Below, piece after piece: positions 20,918 to 29,895 of a stretch of DNA of 64,000 bases; positions within the stretch are counted from its first letter, which is position 1, and each line of letters begins with the position of its first letter. A program made the position numbers and the translations under genes. Origin of the DNA: Patescibacteria group bacterium. Its GTDB lineage: Bacteria > Patescibacteriota > Microgenomatia > UBA1400 > PJMF01. The notes beneath the pieces are model-generated. The model was not told the DNA's origin. It did not search any database and worked only from the letters and a program-made list of their open reading frames with translations. Location: assembly GCA_049322655.1 (NCBI GenBank), contig JBMORP010000006.1, forward strand, positions 576,410 to 640,409, read 5' to 3'.

Positions 20918-23900
20918 AACAAGTCCTCACTGGATCGTTAACCTTAACACTAGCTCCATCAGGCATTAAAGCGGGAAGTGTCCCAGAATTTGGGGCACTA
21001 CCTCTGAGCTCAAAGTGAAGATGCGAGCCAGAAGAGTTGCCTGTGTTTCCCATTTGACCAAGTACTTCTCCAGCCACAACATCTTTACAAGACTGAATAT
21101 TGCTAGATCTAAAGTGCCCAAAAACAAAGGTACCAACTTCAGTTTCAGATAAAACAACATGAATACCATAACCAGGATCTAGATTTCCTGGACAGGCTTT
21201 ACCAGAAAAAGGCGCAAAAATAGTAGTGCCTTCACTGTTAGCAATATCAAAAGCATCAACTCTGCCATGAGAATAACTACCGCCTGGTAGCTGGGTGATG
21301 GTTCCACTCGCTGGCCAACAGCCAGCCCCCTGAGAATAATCACCAATATAAATAACCTCTCCAGTAATGGCATTATCAGTGCCTTCAACTCCTGTTTGAG
21401 AATCTTTGGCAAAGACCTTGAGGTCAAAAGTATTCAGTACAGAAGAATGATTGTAGTTGCTATCGAGAGATTCTGAGTAAGTTAAAACAACCGACTCTCC
21501 AGGTTCAATAATCATTTCTTCATATAGTTCTGGGAAATCAGCTAGTTTTTTGATTCGTTCTGGGACGGTAGGTGGTTTTTTCCCTTCATGTTCTTCCCAA
21601 GCTTTTTCACTATGATTAACTTTCATGGTGTCAGTAGCATCAAGGACTTGAACAGTGTAATTACCTTTTGGGGTAATGGTGATAGTGTATTCAACCTTAA
21701 TCGGAAAGGCTGGATTTTCACATTTATTTTCTGGACAGCCAGCAATAAAGGCTCTTTTTTCAATAGTGACATATTCTGATTCTTTACCTGGAATAGAACC
21801 AGAAACAGTACTTAAAGGATCAACAATTGGGAAGTCAGCAACTAAAGCACTAGAAATTGTAGATTGTACTAACAGTCCAGTGCCAGCAACCGTGGCAATT
21901 GTACCGAGAACTGCTTGACCACCAATATGAACGATTGATTGACCAATAAAACTGGTTGGCTGTAGGGTGGTTGCCTCAGCAAGACCCTGAGTTGTTGTTT
22001 GGGCTGCTGCCACAGTATTGCCAGTAGCCCCATTTTGAAACGAATAATAATTCTGGCCTTTTTTTCCAGTAAAGATCTCTTCTAAAAGTTTACCAATTCC
22101 GAAACCTCCTCCAGCTCCAATTCCAACGCCAATTGCAGCCCCAACCGGCCCACCAATAAAGAAACCGGCAATTCCGCCCCCAATAGCCCCCAAAACTGTT
22201 GGGATTAAAGTTAATAATGATTGAGCAGCATTAATTAAAAAGTAAGCTAGAGATCCCAAACCCAATCCACCCAACGCCATAAGAGTTTGTCGACCTCTTT
22301 TGGTGGTAGCTAGTTTAGTTAAAAAACCCAGTGCTGGGTGAATAGCTGTTGTTGCTGTAGCTGCAGCTTTACTAAGGCCAGCTTCAGCTGCTTTGTCGGC
22401 AGCCTTGCTAGCTGCTTTTTTGCTAAGTCGAGATCTTAGTCCTTTGACCCCTCTTTTTAATCTACCACTAAGCCCTCTGCTCCTTCTAGTAAATTGATTG
22501 ACATTAGCTAGCGGACTTTGTAAAACACCATTGTCTGGAATATAACTAGAATTAAAGTTGTTTATCTCTTCGGTGTTATAAAAGGCCGCTCCGCCAAGTA
22601 GGGGAGCCATGTCATGGAGACCAATTTCTTTGGGATAAAAATCTGGGGTTTCAGCAATATTTTGGATTGTTTTACTACCAGCTTCGCCATAACCAAGCAC
22701 CACAAGAATTTCTTTTTTGGTTTCAGTGTCTTTAGCAGCCCAAACTTGTTTTAAGAAAACCTCTCTTTTTTCAGCATTGGTAACACCTTTTTTATCATTA
22801 AAAAACTCGATTACTTCCTGAGGATTTTTAACAGGAGCCTCTTTACTACCAACGAGGATTTGTTTAGTTGGAGTAGCGATGGCTCTTTCAAAAACTTGAT
22901 CTGCTTCTTTTTTATTTAAAACTTGCTTGTTTTCATCCAGCAAAGCTAAAGCTTCTTGGGTGGCGAATTTAGCTTCGTTGTGGAGTAAAAGTTGACCAGT
23001 TCTTTTGCCAATAATTGAACGTCGAGCAATCCAAATTTCACCAATTGTTGACAAAAACTCTTGATTAAAAGGAATTTCTTCACCAAAAATTAGTTTAAAT
23101 CTGCCTTCATCAACATATTGAAGTAAATCTAGTGGTAGCCCTTGCAAAATCCAAGAATCAACTACATTAACTACATTTTTTTCAGCTAGAGTTAGTTTAT
23201 CTGCCTGAACCCCAATTCTTTGTAGTTCACCTTGCAGTAGCTTGGTAGCTTCTTTGGCTAAATAGTCATCTTTATCTTCAACCAGTTCCTCTTTTTTTAG
23301 TTCCCCAAAAACTTGTTCTAGAGCTGGATGTTGAGCTAGGTTTGTCACCAGCTCAGAAACGGCTGGCCCAGTGCCAGCCTCAGCTTCTTGAAGAGCAGTC
23401 TCGATTTTTTCTCTAAGTTCTGGATTTTTATTGTTGCTTAAGGTTTCGGTTAGATGAGTAGAAATAAGGGCAGTAGTTCTAAAGTCATTTTGCACCAACC
23501 AGACATATTCTCGAATTAAAGTGAGTCTAGTCTCAGGATTAACCAAATCATCTAAGCGACCATTTCCCAAGGTAGTTAAAAAGAAGCCCAAAGTTTTATC
23601 TGATAGGACTCTTTGTAGATCTTTGGAGTTGGCAAGAGTTCCTGGTGGTAAACCATGTTGTTGTTCCAATTGAGCTAAGGCAATTCCAGTAAAATTGGCG
23701 GCTTGTTCTCTTAGTTCTTTGCTAAAAAGAATGTTTTTAGTAACGAGTGGATCATTTTGTTCTTCTTGTAATTTGTCAGGAGGTTGGGTTTGAACTTCCT
23801 CTTCACTAGTAGTTCCACCAGAATCACTATCAGTTGCTGCAGTTTGTGGGGCCCCTGCTGAAAGAGGTTTATTTTCTTCTACGACTTGTTCTTCTGGTTT

Positions 23901-24479
23901 TGCTTCTTCTTCGCTTTCTGGCTCTGCTTGAGCGTTGAGATCTTTATCTTCTTTGATTTTAATAAGATCTAAGAGTAGTTTGGCAGTACTACCAATGTAG
24001 TCTGTCAACAAAACATTTAACTCATGATCATCTTTACCAGTAATCTCTAATTGATTGTAGGCGTGTTTTTCACAGGAAATGATAATTACAAATAAAATTT
24101 GTAAGGTATCTTTATCTAGTTCCAATTTGCCAGCATCAACTTCTTTTTGATACCAGTTATTAATGTCACCCAGGAAGTTATTTGCTATATCTGTAAACAA
24201 AAAAGCTAAATCACTTTTATAAAGGAAAAAATTCAATTGATCAGCCAAATGATCTCTAGAAATGATGTAGCTTCTATCTTTAGTGGTTAGTTTGAGGCTA
24301 CTAGTATTAACTTCTTTGAATAAACTTTGAAAAGAAAAATTTAATTCTGGTTCACTAGCAATATTAGACCTAGTTAAAAGTTCTAAGAAACCTTTGATTG
24401 TGTCCAAATTAACATCATCCCTTAATCTCTTTAAGAAATACCTCTCTTGGCCAGTTAATTTAGGCTTTGCATCGGACAT
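20910..24479 (-). CDS. Large membrane protein with C-terminal M23 peptidase
   Basis: Helical N-terminus, Gly/Ala-rich hydrophobic segments, 'SH...AFDI', 'GYG.HV', 'GNTGNSSGSHLHFE'. Confidence 0.8.
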   Translation of the reverse strand: MSDAKPKLTGQERYFLKRLRDDVNLDTIKGFLELLTRSNIASEPELNFSFQSLFKEVNTSSLKLTTKDRSYIISRDHLADQLNFFLYKSDLAFLFTDIANNFLGDINNWYQKEVDAGKLELDKDTLQILFVIIISCEKHAYNQLEITGKDDHELNVLLTDYIGSTAKLLLDLIKIKEDKDLNAQAEPESEEEAKPEEQVVEENKPLSAGAPQTAATDSDSGGTTSEEEVQTQPPDKLQEEQNDPLVTKNILFSKELREQAANFTGIALAQLEQQHGLPPGTLANSKDLQRVLSDKTLGFFLTTLGNGRLDDLVNPETRLTLIREYVWLVQNDFRTTALISTHLTETLSNNKNPELREKIETALQEAEAGTGPAVSELVTNLAQHPALEQVFGELKKEELVEDKDDYLAKEATKLLQGELQRIGVQADKLTLAEKNVVNVVDSWILQGLPLDLLQYVDEGRFKLIFGEEIPFNQEFLSTIGEIWIARRSIIGKRTGQLLLHNEAKFATQEALALLDENKQVLNKKEADQVFERAIATPTKQILVGSKEAPVKNPQEVIEFFNDKKGVTNAEKREVFLKQVWAAKDTETKKEILVVLGYGEAGSKTIQNIAETPDFYPKEIGLHDMAPLLGGAAFYNTEEINNFNSSYIPDNGVLQSPLANVNQFTRRSRGLSGRLKRGVKGLRSRLSKKAASKAADKAAEAGLSKAAATATTAIHPALGFLTKLATTKRGRQTLMALGGLGLGSLAYFLINAAQSLLTLIPTVLGAIGGGIAGFFIGGPVGAAIGVGIGAGGGFGIGKLLEEIFTGKKGQNYYSFQNGATGNTVAAAQTTTQGLAEATTLQPTSFIGQSIVHIGGQAVLGTIATVAGTGLLVQSTISSALVADFPIVDPLSTVSGSIPGKESEYVTIEKRAFIAGCPENKCENPAFPIKVEYTITITPKGNYTVQVLDATDTMKVNHSEKAWEEHEGKKPPTVPERIKKLADFPELYEEMIIEPGESVVLTYSESLDSNYNHSSVLNTFDLKVFAKDSQTGVEGTDNAITGEVIYIGDYSQGAGCWPASGTITQLPGGSYSHGRVDAFDIANSEGTTIFAPFSGKACPGNLDPGYGIHVVLSETEVGTFVFGHFRSSNIQSCKDVVAGEVLGQMGNTGNSSGSHLHFELRGSAPNSGTLPALMPDGASVKVNDPVRTCYE

Positions 24480-24538
24480 CTACTTTTTATTATATCCTTT
24501 GCCAGATAGAAACGCACGTCTGTCTTCATCAATGAAAT

Positions 24539-26254
24539 CTAGATTAAATTGGCCACAAATGAGCCCAAGCTTTCTGAATCAATTATTGGTTTGTGAGTTT
24601 TATTTTTGTTAATAGCGGACTTAAAGATGGGGCTACTGTCCAAAGAAGTAACTTTTGGTAGGTTGTAGTTCATTTCACAGTTTAGGCACCAATCACATTC
24701 TCCGACCCAAGTATTATTAGCGCCACATTTCAGACAAGAGCCAATTTTCCATTCTTTTGCCCGTTGGTTACCCACAAACTTAGCCAAATCTACTCTAGAT
24801 AGCGAAGCTGGGGTTAGTCCTTGTAATTGTAAGTTGGCCAGTTGCTGAACACTGCTAATTGGACTTAAAGCAACACATTCCAACAACGAAGTATCAAAGG
24901 CTTTGACGGCAGAAGAAAAACCAATCCCTTTGAGAGATAGGGCAAAATCATTTTCGGTTAAGTTACCGAATTTTTTGAAGTGATCAAATAAAGCCGTTCT
25001 TTTTTGGGCTGAAATTTTTTTAGTATCAAGAATGCCGGCAAAAACCACTCTTTTCATAAAATTACTTAACTTAGTGACCGTATTGGGCGAGAGAGAAGGA
25101 TCTCTTTTAACTTCAGTGGTAACGACATCGATTAATAATTGAGAATATTGTTCCAAAGCTGGTTCCATTTGTTTGATTTTCATCCGAGTGATTTTTTGCC
25201 TAAGCCTCTGGAAAAACTTTTGTTTGGGAAATAGTTCCAGAAAAGTTTCATCAGCCGGAGTGACTTGAAACTTGGTGGGTAGGGAAATTAATTTTTCCAT
25301 GACTAACTGTTCTTTTTCAGCAAAAGGCAGCTCAGTAAAATTTTGAGGTAAGTGAGCACCAATAATGTTGAAAAGTTTTTGGTGATCTTCCCAATTTTTG
25401 GGAGCCAAATGTTGATCATGAAGCAAGATAAATCGGTTTAGGGTTGGAATGAAAACTGGTTGGGCAATGACAATGACACTCAAATTGCCTTCATGGACCT
25501 CAGATTGAGGCATAACATAAAGATATTTAGGCCCAAGGGTGATTTCTCCAGCTAATTTTTCTAGTTTCATTTTTTCTTTAACTTCTGGTTGGATGAAAGT
25601 AAAAGCTTGTTGAGGTGAAAGGGTTACCCAACCAGTATTTTCAAGTTTTTCTCTAGTGATATTTGCATCAGGCTGAATAACTTTATCTTCAGTTTCATAA
25701 GTTTGCTTAGCTAGTAAAGACAACATGGCATGAGGGCTTAGAGCAAAAAGCTGGTTCAAGCTTGTCAGTAAGTTTTCAACTTGGCTTTTTTCTAGTTGAT
25801 AACGGTTTTTTTCGGCTTGATTAATAGCTAAAGATTCAACCGCATCTTGGCAAATTTGTAGTAAATCTGGTCTGAGTAGGTAAATATCATCATGGAGAGC
25901 CAACCCGTTGTCTTTTGAGGTGATTTCATAAGCCAAATGAGTAACTGGTAGTTTTTGGGTTTCTGTCAGAATCGAGCGAAAAAAGTAGACCAGCAAAGCT
26001 TTTTGTTTTTCTGGGTCTTGAATAGGCAAAACTTCTTTGAGGATAAAATTTAAAATAACGATGAGTTTATCTTTTTCTGGATTAGGAATTTCTTTAAGTG
26101 GGTGATGATCAGGTTGGTGAGTGGTTTCTTCTCTTGGTGCTGCTTTTTGGTCAATTAAGTTAGGAATAAAATCAGCCAGCGAAAAAGGAAAAACTCCTTT
26201 TGAGTCTTGAGTCGGTGAGAGTGATTGATGAGTAAAAGTTTGTTCTGGTAACAC
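24539..26254 (-). CDS. Hypothetical protein with C-terminal CxxC...CxxCxxC motif; riboswitch-controlled
   Basis: 571-aa ORF with GTG start 5 nt after GAGGAG; 'CLKCGANNTWVGECDWCLNC'. Confidence 0.75.
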   Translation of the reverse strand: MLPEQTFTHQSLSPTQDSKGVFPFSLADFIPNLIDQKAAPREETTHQPDHHPLKEIPNPEKDKLIVILNFILKEVLPIQDPEKQKALLVYFFRSILTETQKLPVTHLAYEITSKDNGLALHDDIYLLRPDLLQICQDAVESLAINQAEKNRYQLEKSQVENLLTSLNQLFALSPHAMLSLLAKQTYETEDKVIQPDANITREKLENTGWVTLSPQQAFTFIQPEVKEKMKLEKLAGEITLGPKYLYVMPQSEVHEGNLSVIVIAQPVFIPTLNRFILLHDQHLAPKNWEDHQKLFNIIGAHLPQNFTELPFAEKEQLVMEKLISLPTKFQVTPADETFLELFPKQKFFQRLRQKITRMKIKQMEPALEQYSQLLIDVVTTEVKRDPSLSPNTVTKLSNFMKRVVFAGILDTKKISAQKRTALFDHFKKFGNLTENDFALSLKGIGFSSAVKAFDTSLLECVALSPISSVQQLANLQLQGLTPASLSRVDLAKFVGNQRAKEWKIGSCLKCGANNTWVGECDWCLNCEMNYNLPKVTSLDSSPIFKSAINKNKTHKPIIDSESLGSFVANLI

Positions 26255-26320
26255 AAAAGCTCCTCTGTTAGAGGAGCATCGGGAGGCAAAGTTGTTTATT
26301 CATGCCCGATGCTCGTCGGA
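26255..26320 (-). terminator. Riboswitch expression platform: terminator/SD-sequestering hairpin plus competing antiterminator
   Basis: Minus strand GCTCCTCT-AAC-AGAGGAGC-TTTT then GTG; competing GAGCATCGGG/CCCGATGCTC stem overlaps its 5' arm. Confidence 0.75.
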
Positions 26321-26361
26321 AGAAATAATAAATTTCTTCTTCATTCCAGACTTGGAATGGT

Positions 26362-26438
26362 TTACTCCGACCGGACTTGTCTCAAGCGAGCATCACCGTT
26401 GCGGCACAGTCTCCGAATCTGACGGAACTTCCGAGTAA
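26362..26438 (-). ncRNA. Cobalamin riboswitch aptamer (compact form)
   Basis: Minus strand TTACTC-GGAAG-TTCCG-TCAGATT-CGGAG-A-CTG-TGCCGCAA-CGG-TG...AAGTCCG...GAGTAA matches the GGAA / T-loop P4 / P5-L5 / AGUCMG consensus. Confidence 0.8.
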
Positions 26439-26446
26439 CAAGGCTT

Positions 26447-26476
26447 GTTATAGCATAGTTGGGGGTGAAATGTCTA
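26447..26476 (-). promoter_or_regulatory. Sigma70-type promoter of the riboswitch leader
   Basis: TAGACA-18 nt-TATAAC with extended TG. Confidence 0.55.
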
Positions 26477-26566
26477 TCTTTTCTTGGTGGTTTGTAGTAA
26501 AAACTATGAGGCTGATTATTGGAGGATTTTTTTTAGAGAAAATGGTAGAATACATGGTAGTTAGTT

Positions 26567-29500
26567 ATGTCTGAAAAATATCAAAATTTAGAGCAGGCTT
26601 TACAAGCCAAAGTCAAAACAGAAAAAGGCAGAGAATTGCTAGTTTCTAAGATTATTGATATTGATCAAATTGCCTTAGCTGTTGAAGAAAAAGCTGGTGC
26701 TAAAAACTTGCGAGTAGTACTTGCAAATATAGAGAAAAATATTTTCTCTGGTGGAGAAGTTTCTGACAAAATTAAAGAACCCAATAAAGCTAAACTTAGA
26801 CAAGGAATTGCTAAGGCTTTAGAAACAGTTTTTAACTCCTTAGAGTTTTTTGAAGAGCAAGTCATCGAAGGTAGTTTAATGGGTGAATTTCCAGAAGGTG
26901 TGAAGGGTAAAAATCCCAGTGCTGAAGATGTGTCCAATGCTGTTGAAGTGATTAGAAATTTAATTATTTCCTATATTGAAGCTATCAAAGAATTTTATCA
27001 ACCAGGAGAATTAACCGCTGAACAACAGCAACTTTTTGGTGTGGCTGAAGAAAATGCTGGAGCAAAAGATCAAGATCCTAAAGACCTGGTTGAGTTTTCT
27101 GGTGAGGTCGCTGAAATAGATAAAAGACTTGTAGAAGAAGATGACTTAAACGGTGACTTTTTCGATCCTAGAGAAGATTATAAAGAAACTGAGATGTCTG
27201 CAATAAAGTTTGTCAGAGATAAAGTTGCTTATTTTGATGTAATTTATGATTTAAGTGCACAGGGGGATCCAGAAAAAAGACTTAAAATAGTAAGTTTAAT
27301 TGATAATTATATAAAACCGGCGAGAGAATTGATTCTAAGGTTAGAAAGAAGAGTTGAAATCATTGAGGAGAAAGAACTAAAAGATTGGAAAGCTTCTATT
27401 CCACAATTTTCAACACTGGAAACCCAACTAAAAGGTTTTGAAGAATCTACTAATGGAATTTCTTTAGATGGTAGTGTCGATGTATCAACAAGCCTATCAA
27501 CATTAAGTAAGACAGCTGAGAAATTATCTGAAGCCATAGAATCTTCTATTTATGCAGCAAAAGGGGAGCTTTTTAGAGGACTTTTTGCTAGATATCATGA
27601 GGTTTTGGGACTTTTACAGGTAGCTCAATACCGATTTTTATTAAAAGATTTGTTGAAAAATATAGCTGATATTGAAGCAATTAGTACTCAAGATTTAAAA
27701 AAGAAAAAAAGCAAAGAAAAATTAGGTTTGTTGGAAAAATTAGATGAAAGTAGACATACAAATGAAGGGGATCTCCTTGGATATTCATTTTTTGCAACAC
27801 AAATATCAGATCTGTATGGAGTTCAGCAAGCCGCTCAAGAAAGAGCTCAAAAAGTTGCAGATGAGATAAGAACAAGATTTGATCGGGCTCACCAAAGACT
27901 AGATGAAGAAAAAGTGACTAGTGTTGTTTTGGAAAAATTTAGAGGAATGAGTCTTCAATCTTTAATAAAAGATTGGCATACGAAAGATATTGCTCCTGAT
28001 GATGAACCAAGAATTGCTTTAGAAATAGCTTTTGCTGAAAAACTAGATGAAATGGAAGTTGGCTTTATTGAACATGCAACGAACAATGGAGATTCTCCTG
28101 CTGAAGCAAAGCAGAGATATGAAAACTTTAAGAAGATGTATGAACAACTATATGGGTTAGTTTTCTTTGGAATAATGAGGGGTGATGCAATGAATTCTTT
28201 GCAAGGCACAGCTAAGCATGAAGAAATTTTAAAATTTGCCAATACCCCTGGAGCTATGGCTACAAATGTGGAGTTCAACAAAAATCCCTTAGTCGGCTCT
28301 GTGGGAGAAACTTTACATCAAGGTGAAATGTATGGGCCCAATATGGGTATTCTCCAGATGATTACTTTTGCTGCTTTTCAAGAAATGAAGGGCTTAAGGT
28401 CTAAATTTTCTAGAAACCAAGGATATACAGCTGGAATGATTGAAGAACTAATTGATACTGTTTGTAATAGAGAAGATGTTGTGATGTGGAATTCATATGA
28501 ACCAAATGCTACAACGGTTTTAGCAGCAGATCACCCAGAAATTGGTGAGCAAGTAAACATTAAATCAGAACTAGCAAAGTATCCTCCAGAAGTTATTGAG
28601 ATGATTAAAATGTTTGCTAAGTGGAAAATTTCAAGAGATGATCTTGGTTCAAAAGCAGCAATTTGGCATTGGGGAAGAAACAAAGGTGCTTTTAAGAAAA
28701 ATGACGGAGTGAGTGACAAACAGGCAGATGGTTGGCTGGCCGCTCAATGTTATCAAGTTGGTAAAAATGGTAAAAAGCAAGGTCATTTGGCAGCGTTAGG
28801 TTTTGTGACTCCAGAAAAAACTGACTTTATGGCAGCCAATCATGAGAATGATGGCAATATTGAGTTGGGAATAGAAAGAGTTGATCAATATTTATTATAT
28901 AGATTCCCACAATTAAGAGGCGTGATGTATCGAGACGCAGCTCCGGGTGGAAGTAGACTGGAAGGCTTACATAAATATACTCCAGAAAACTGGTGGGAAG
29001 ATTTTCCAGGTCTTGAACACTTCTTTAATAAAACAGACACCGTCTTTACCGGTAATGACTATGTAAAATCAAGAGATGCTGTCTTTAAAATTATTGAAAT
29101 GGCTACAGAATCGGTATATATCGAAGTTCCAAACGACACAGAGGACTTAGAAACATTTTTAAATGCAGTAATAACTTCTTTTGATACCCAAATAGGAATG
29201 GCTTTGGCATATATTGGCAAATTTAATGATCATAGTGAAGGTTATTCTTCAAGCTATCCTATAAATGAACTAAATTATGTTCATGAGCTAATTTTAGCTG
29301 CTATGAAATTCTACTTAATGAACATTTTAGTAAGAATTCCAGTTCATATTAAACTTGAGAAACCAATTCCAGATTTAATTTCTAGAGGAAAAAATATTTT
29401 ACCTATTTTAGAAATAGCTGATATGGATTATCACTCAAATTATAGAATTGCTGTGGAAACACTGGTTGATTTGATATCTAGAAACTCTACTTTGGCAACT

Positions 29501-29818
29501 TTTTACCAAAAAGAGTTAACAGGAATTATCAAAAGAACCCCCCTCTCAGGACGTGATGGATTTAATATTGTTAAAAGGTCAGATGGAGTTACTCCATTTT
29601 TAGACCTTGATTTTAGGGCTGTGTATAGGGATGAAAATGTCTTGGCTGGTAAGTATAGAAAGTGGTTAGTGAAAAAGAAAGATGAAGAACTAGTTGCTTC
29701 TGGTCACCATAAAATGAGATGGCAAGAAAGAGACAAACTTAGATTGGGCAAACCAGAAGCTCCGTATCATTTTAAAACTGGGGCATTTTTATCTGCTGAA
29801 AAAGGGCAACTTCATTAA
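26567..29818 (+). CDS. Large hypothetical soluble, helix-rich protein
   Basis: 1083-aa ORF with no TM, signal or recognisable motif. Confidence 0.75.
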   Translation: MSEKYQNLEQALQAKVKTEKGRELLVSKIIDIDQIALAVEEKAGAKNLRVVLANIEKNIFSGGEVSDKIKEPNKAKLRQGIAKALETVFNSLEFFEEQVIEGSLMGEFPEGVKGKNPSAEDVSNAVEVIRNLIISYIEAIKEFYQPGELTAEQQQLFGVAEENAGAKDQDPKDLVEFSGEVAEIDKRLVEEDDLNGDFFDPREDYKETEMSAIKFVRDKVAYFDVIYDLSAQGDPEKRLKIVSLIDNYIKPARELILRLERRVEIIEEKELKDWKASIPQFSTLETQLKGFEESTNGISLDGSVDVSTSLSTLSKTAEKLSEAIESSIYAAKGELFRGLFARYHEVLGLLQVAQYRFLLKDLLKNIADIEAISTQDLKKKKSKEKLGLLEKLDESRHTNEGDLLGYSFFATQISDLYGVQQAAQERAQKVADEIRTRFDRAHQRLDEEKVTSVVLEKFRGMSLQSLIKDWHTKDIAPDDEPRIALEIAFAEKLDEMEVGFIEHATNNGDSPAEAKQRYENFKKMYEQLYGLVFFGIMRGDAMNSLQGTAKHEEILKFANTPGAMATNVEFNKNPLVGSVGETLHQGEMYGPNMGILQMITFAAFQEMKGLRSKFSRNQGYTAGMIEELIDTVCNREDVVMWNSYEPNATTVLAADHPEIGEQVNIKSELAKYPPEVIEMIKMFAKWKISRDDLGSKAAIWHWGRNKGAFKKNDGVSDKQADGWLAAQCYQVGKNGKKQGHLAALGFVTPEKTDFMAANHENDGNIELGIERVDQYLLYRFPQLRGVMYRDAAPGGSRLEGLHKYTPENWWEDFPGLEHFFNKTDTVFTGNDYVKSRDAVFKIIEMATESVYIEVPNDTEDLETFLNAVITSFDTQIGMALAYIGKFNDHSEGYSSSYPINELNYVHELILAAMKFYLMNILVRIPVHIKLEKPIPDLISRGKNILPILEIADMDYHSNYRIAVETLVDLISRNSTLATFYQKELTGIIKRTPLSGRDGFNIVKRSDGVTPFLDLDFRAVYRDENVLAGKYRKWLVKKKDEELVASGHHKMRWQERDKLRLGKPEAPYHFKTGAFLSAEKGQLH

Positions 29819-29844
29819 TTCTTTATAGAGATTTTTTACTAAAT

Positions 29845-29872
29845 AAAAAGCCGAGTTTTTAGCTCGGCTTTC
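29845..29872. terminator. Bidirectional intrinsic terminator
   Basis: AAAGCCGAG...CTCGGCTTT between convergent genes. Confidence 0.8.
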
Positions 29873-29895
29873 TGTTTTATTTTTTTATTAAAAAA

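Noticed and set aside
26377-26574. 65-aa + strand ORF
   Set aside because: Overlaps the riboswitch aptamer and divergent promoters; no coding signal.
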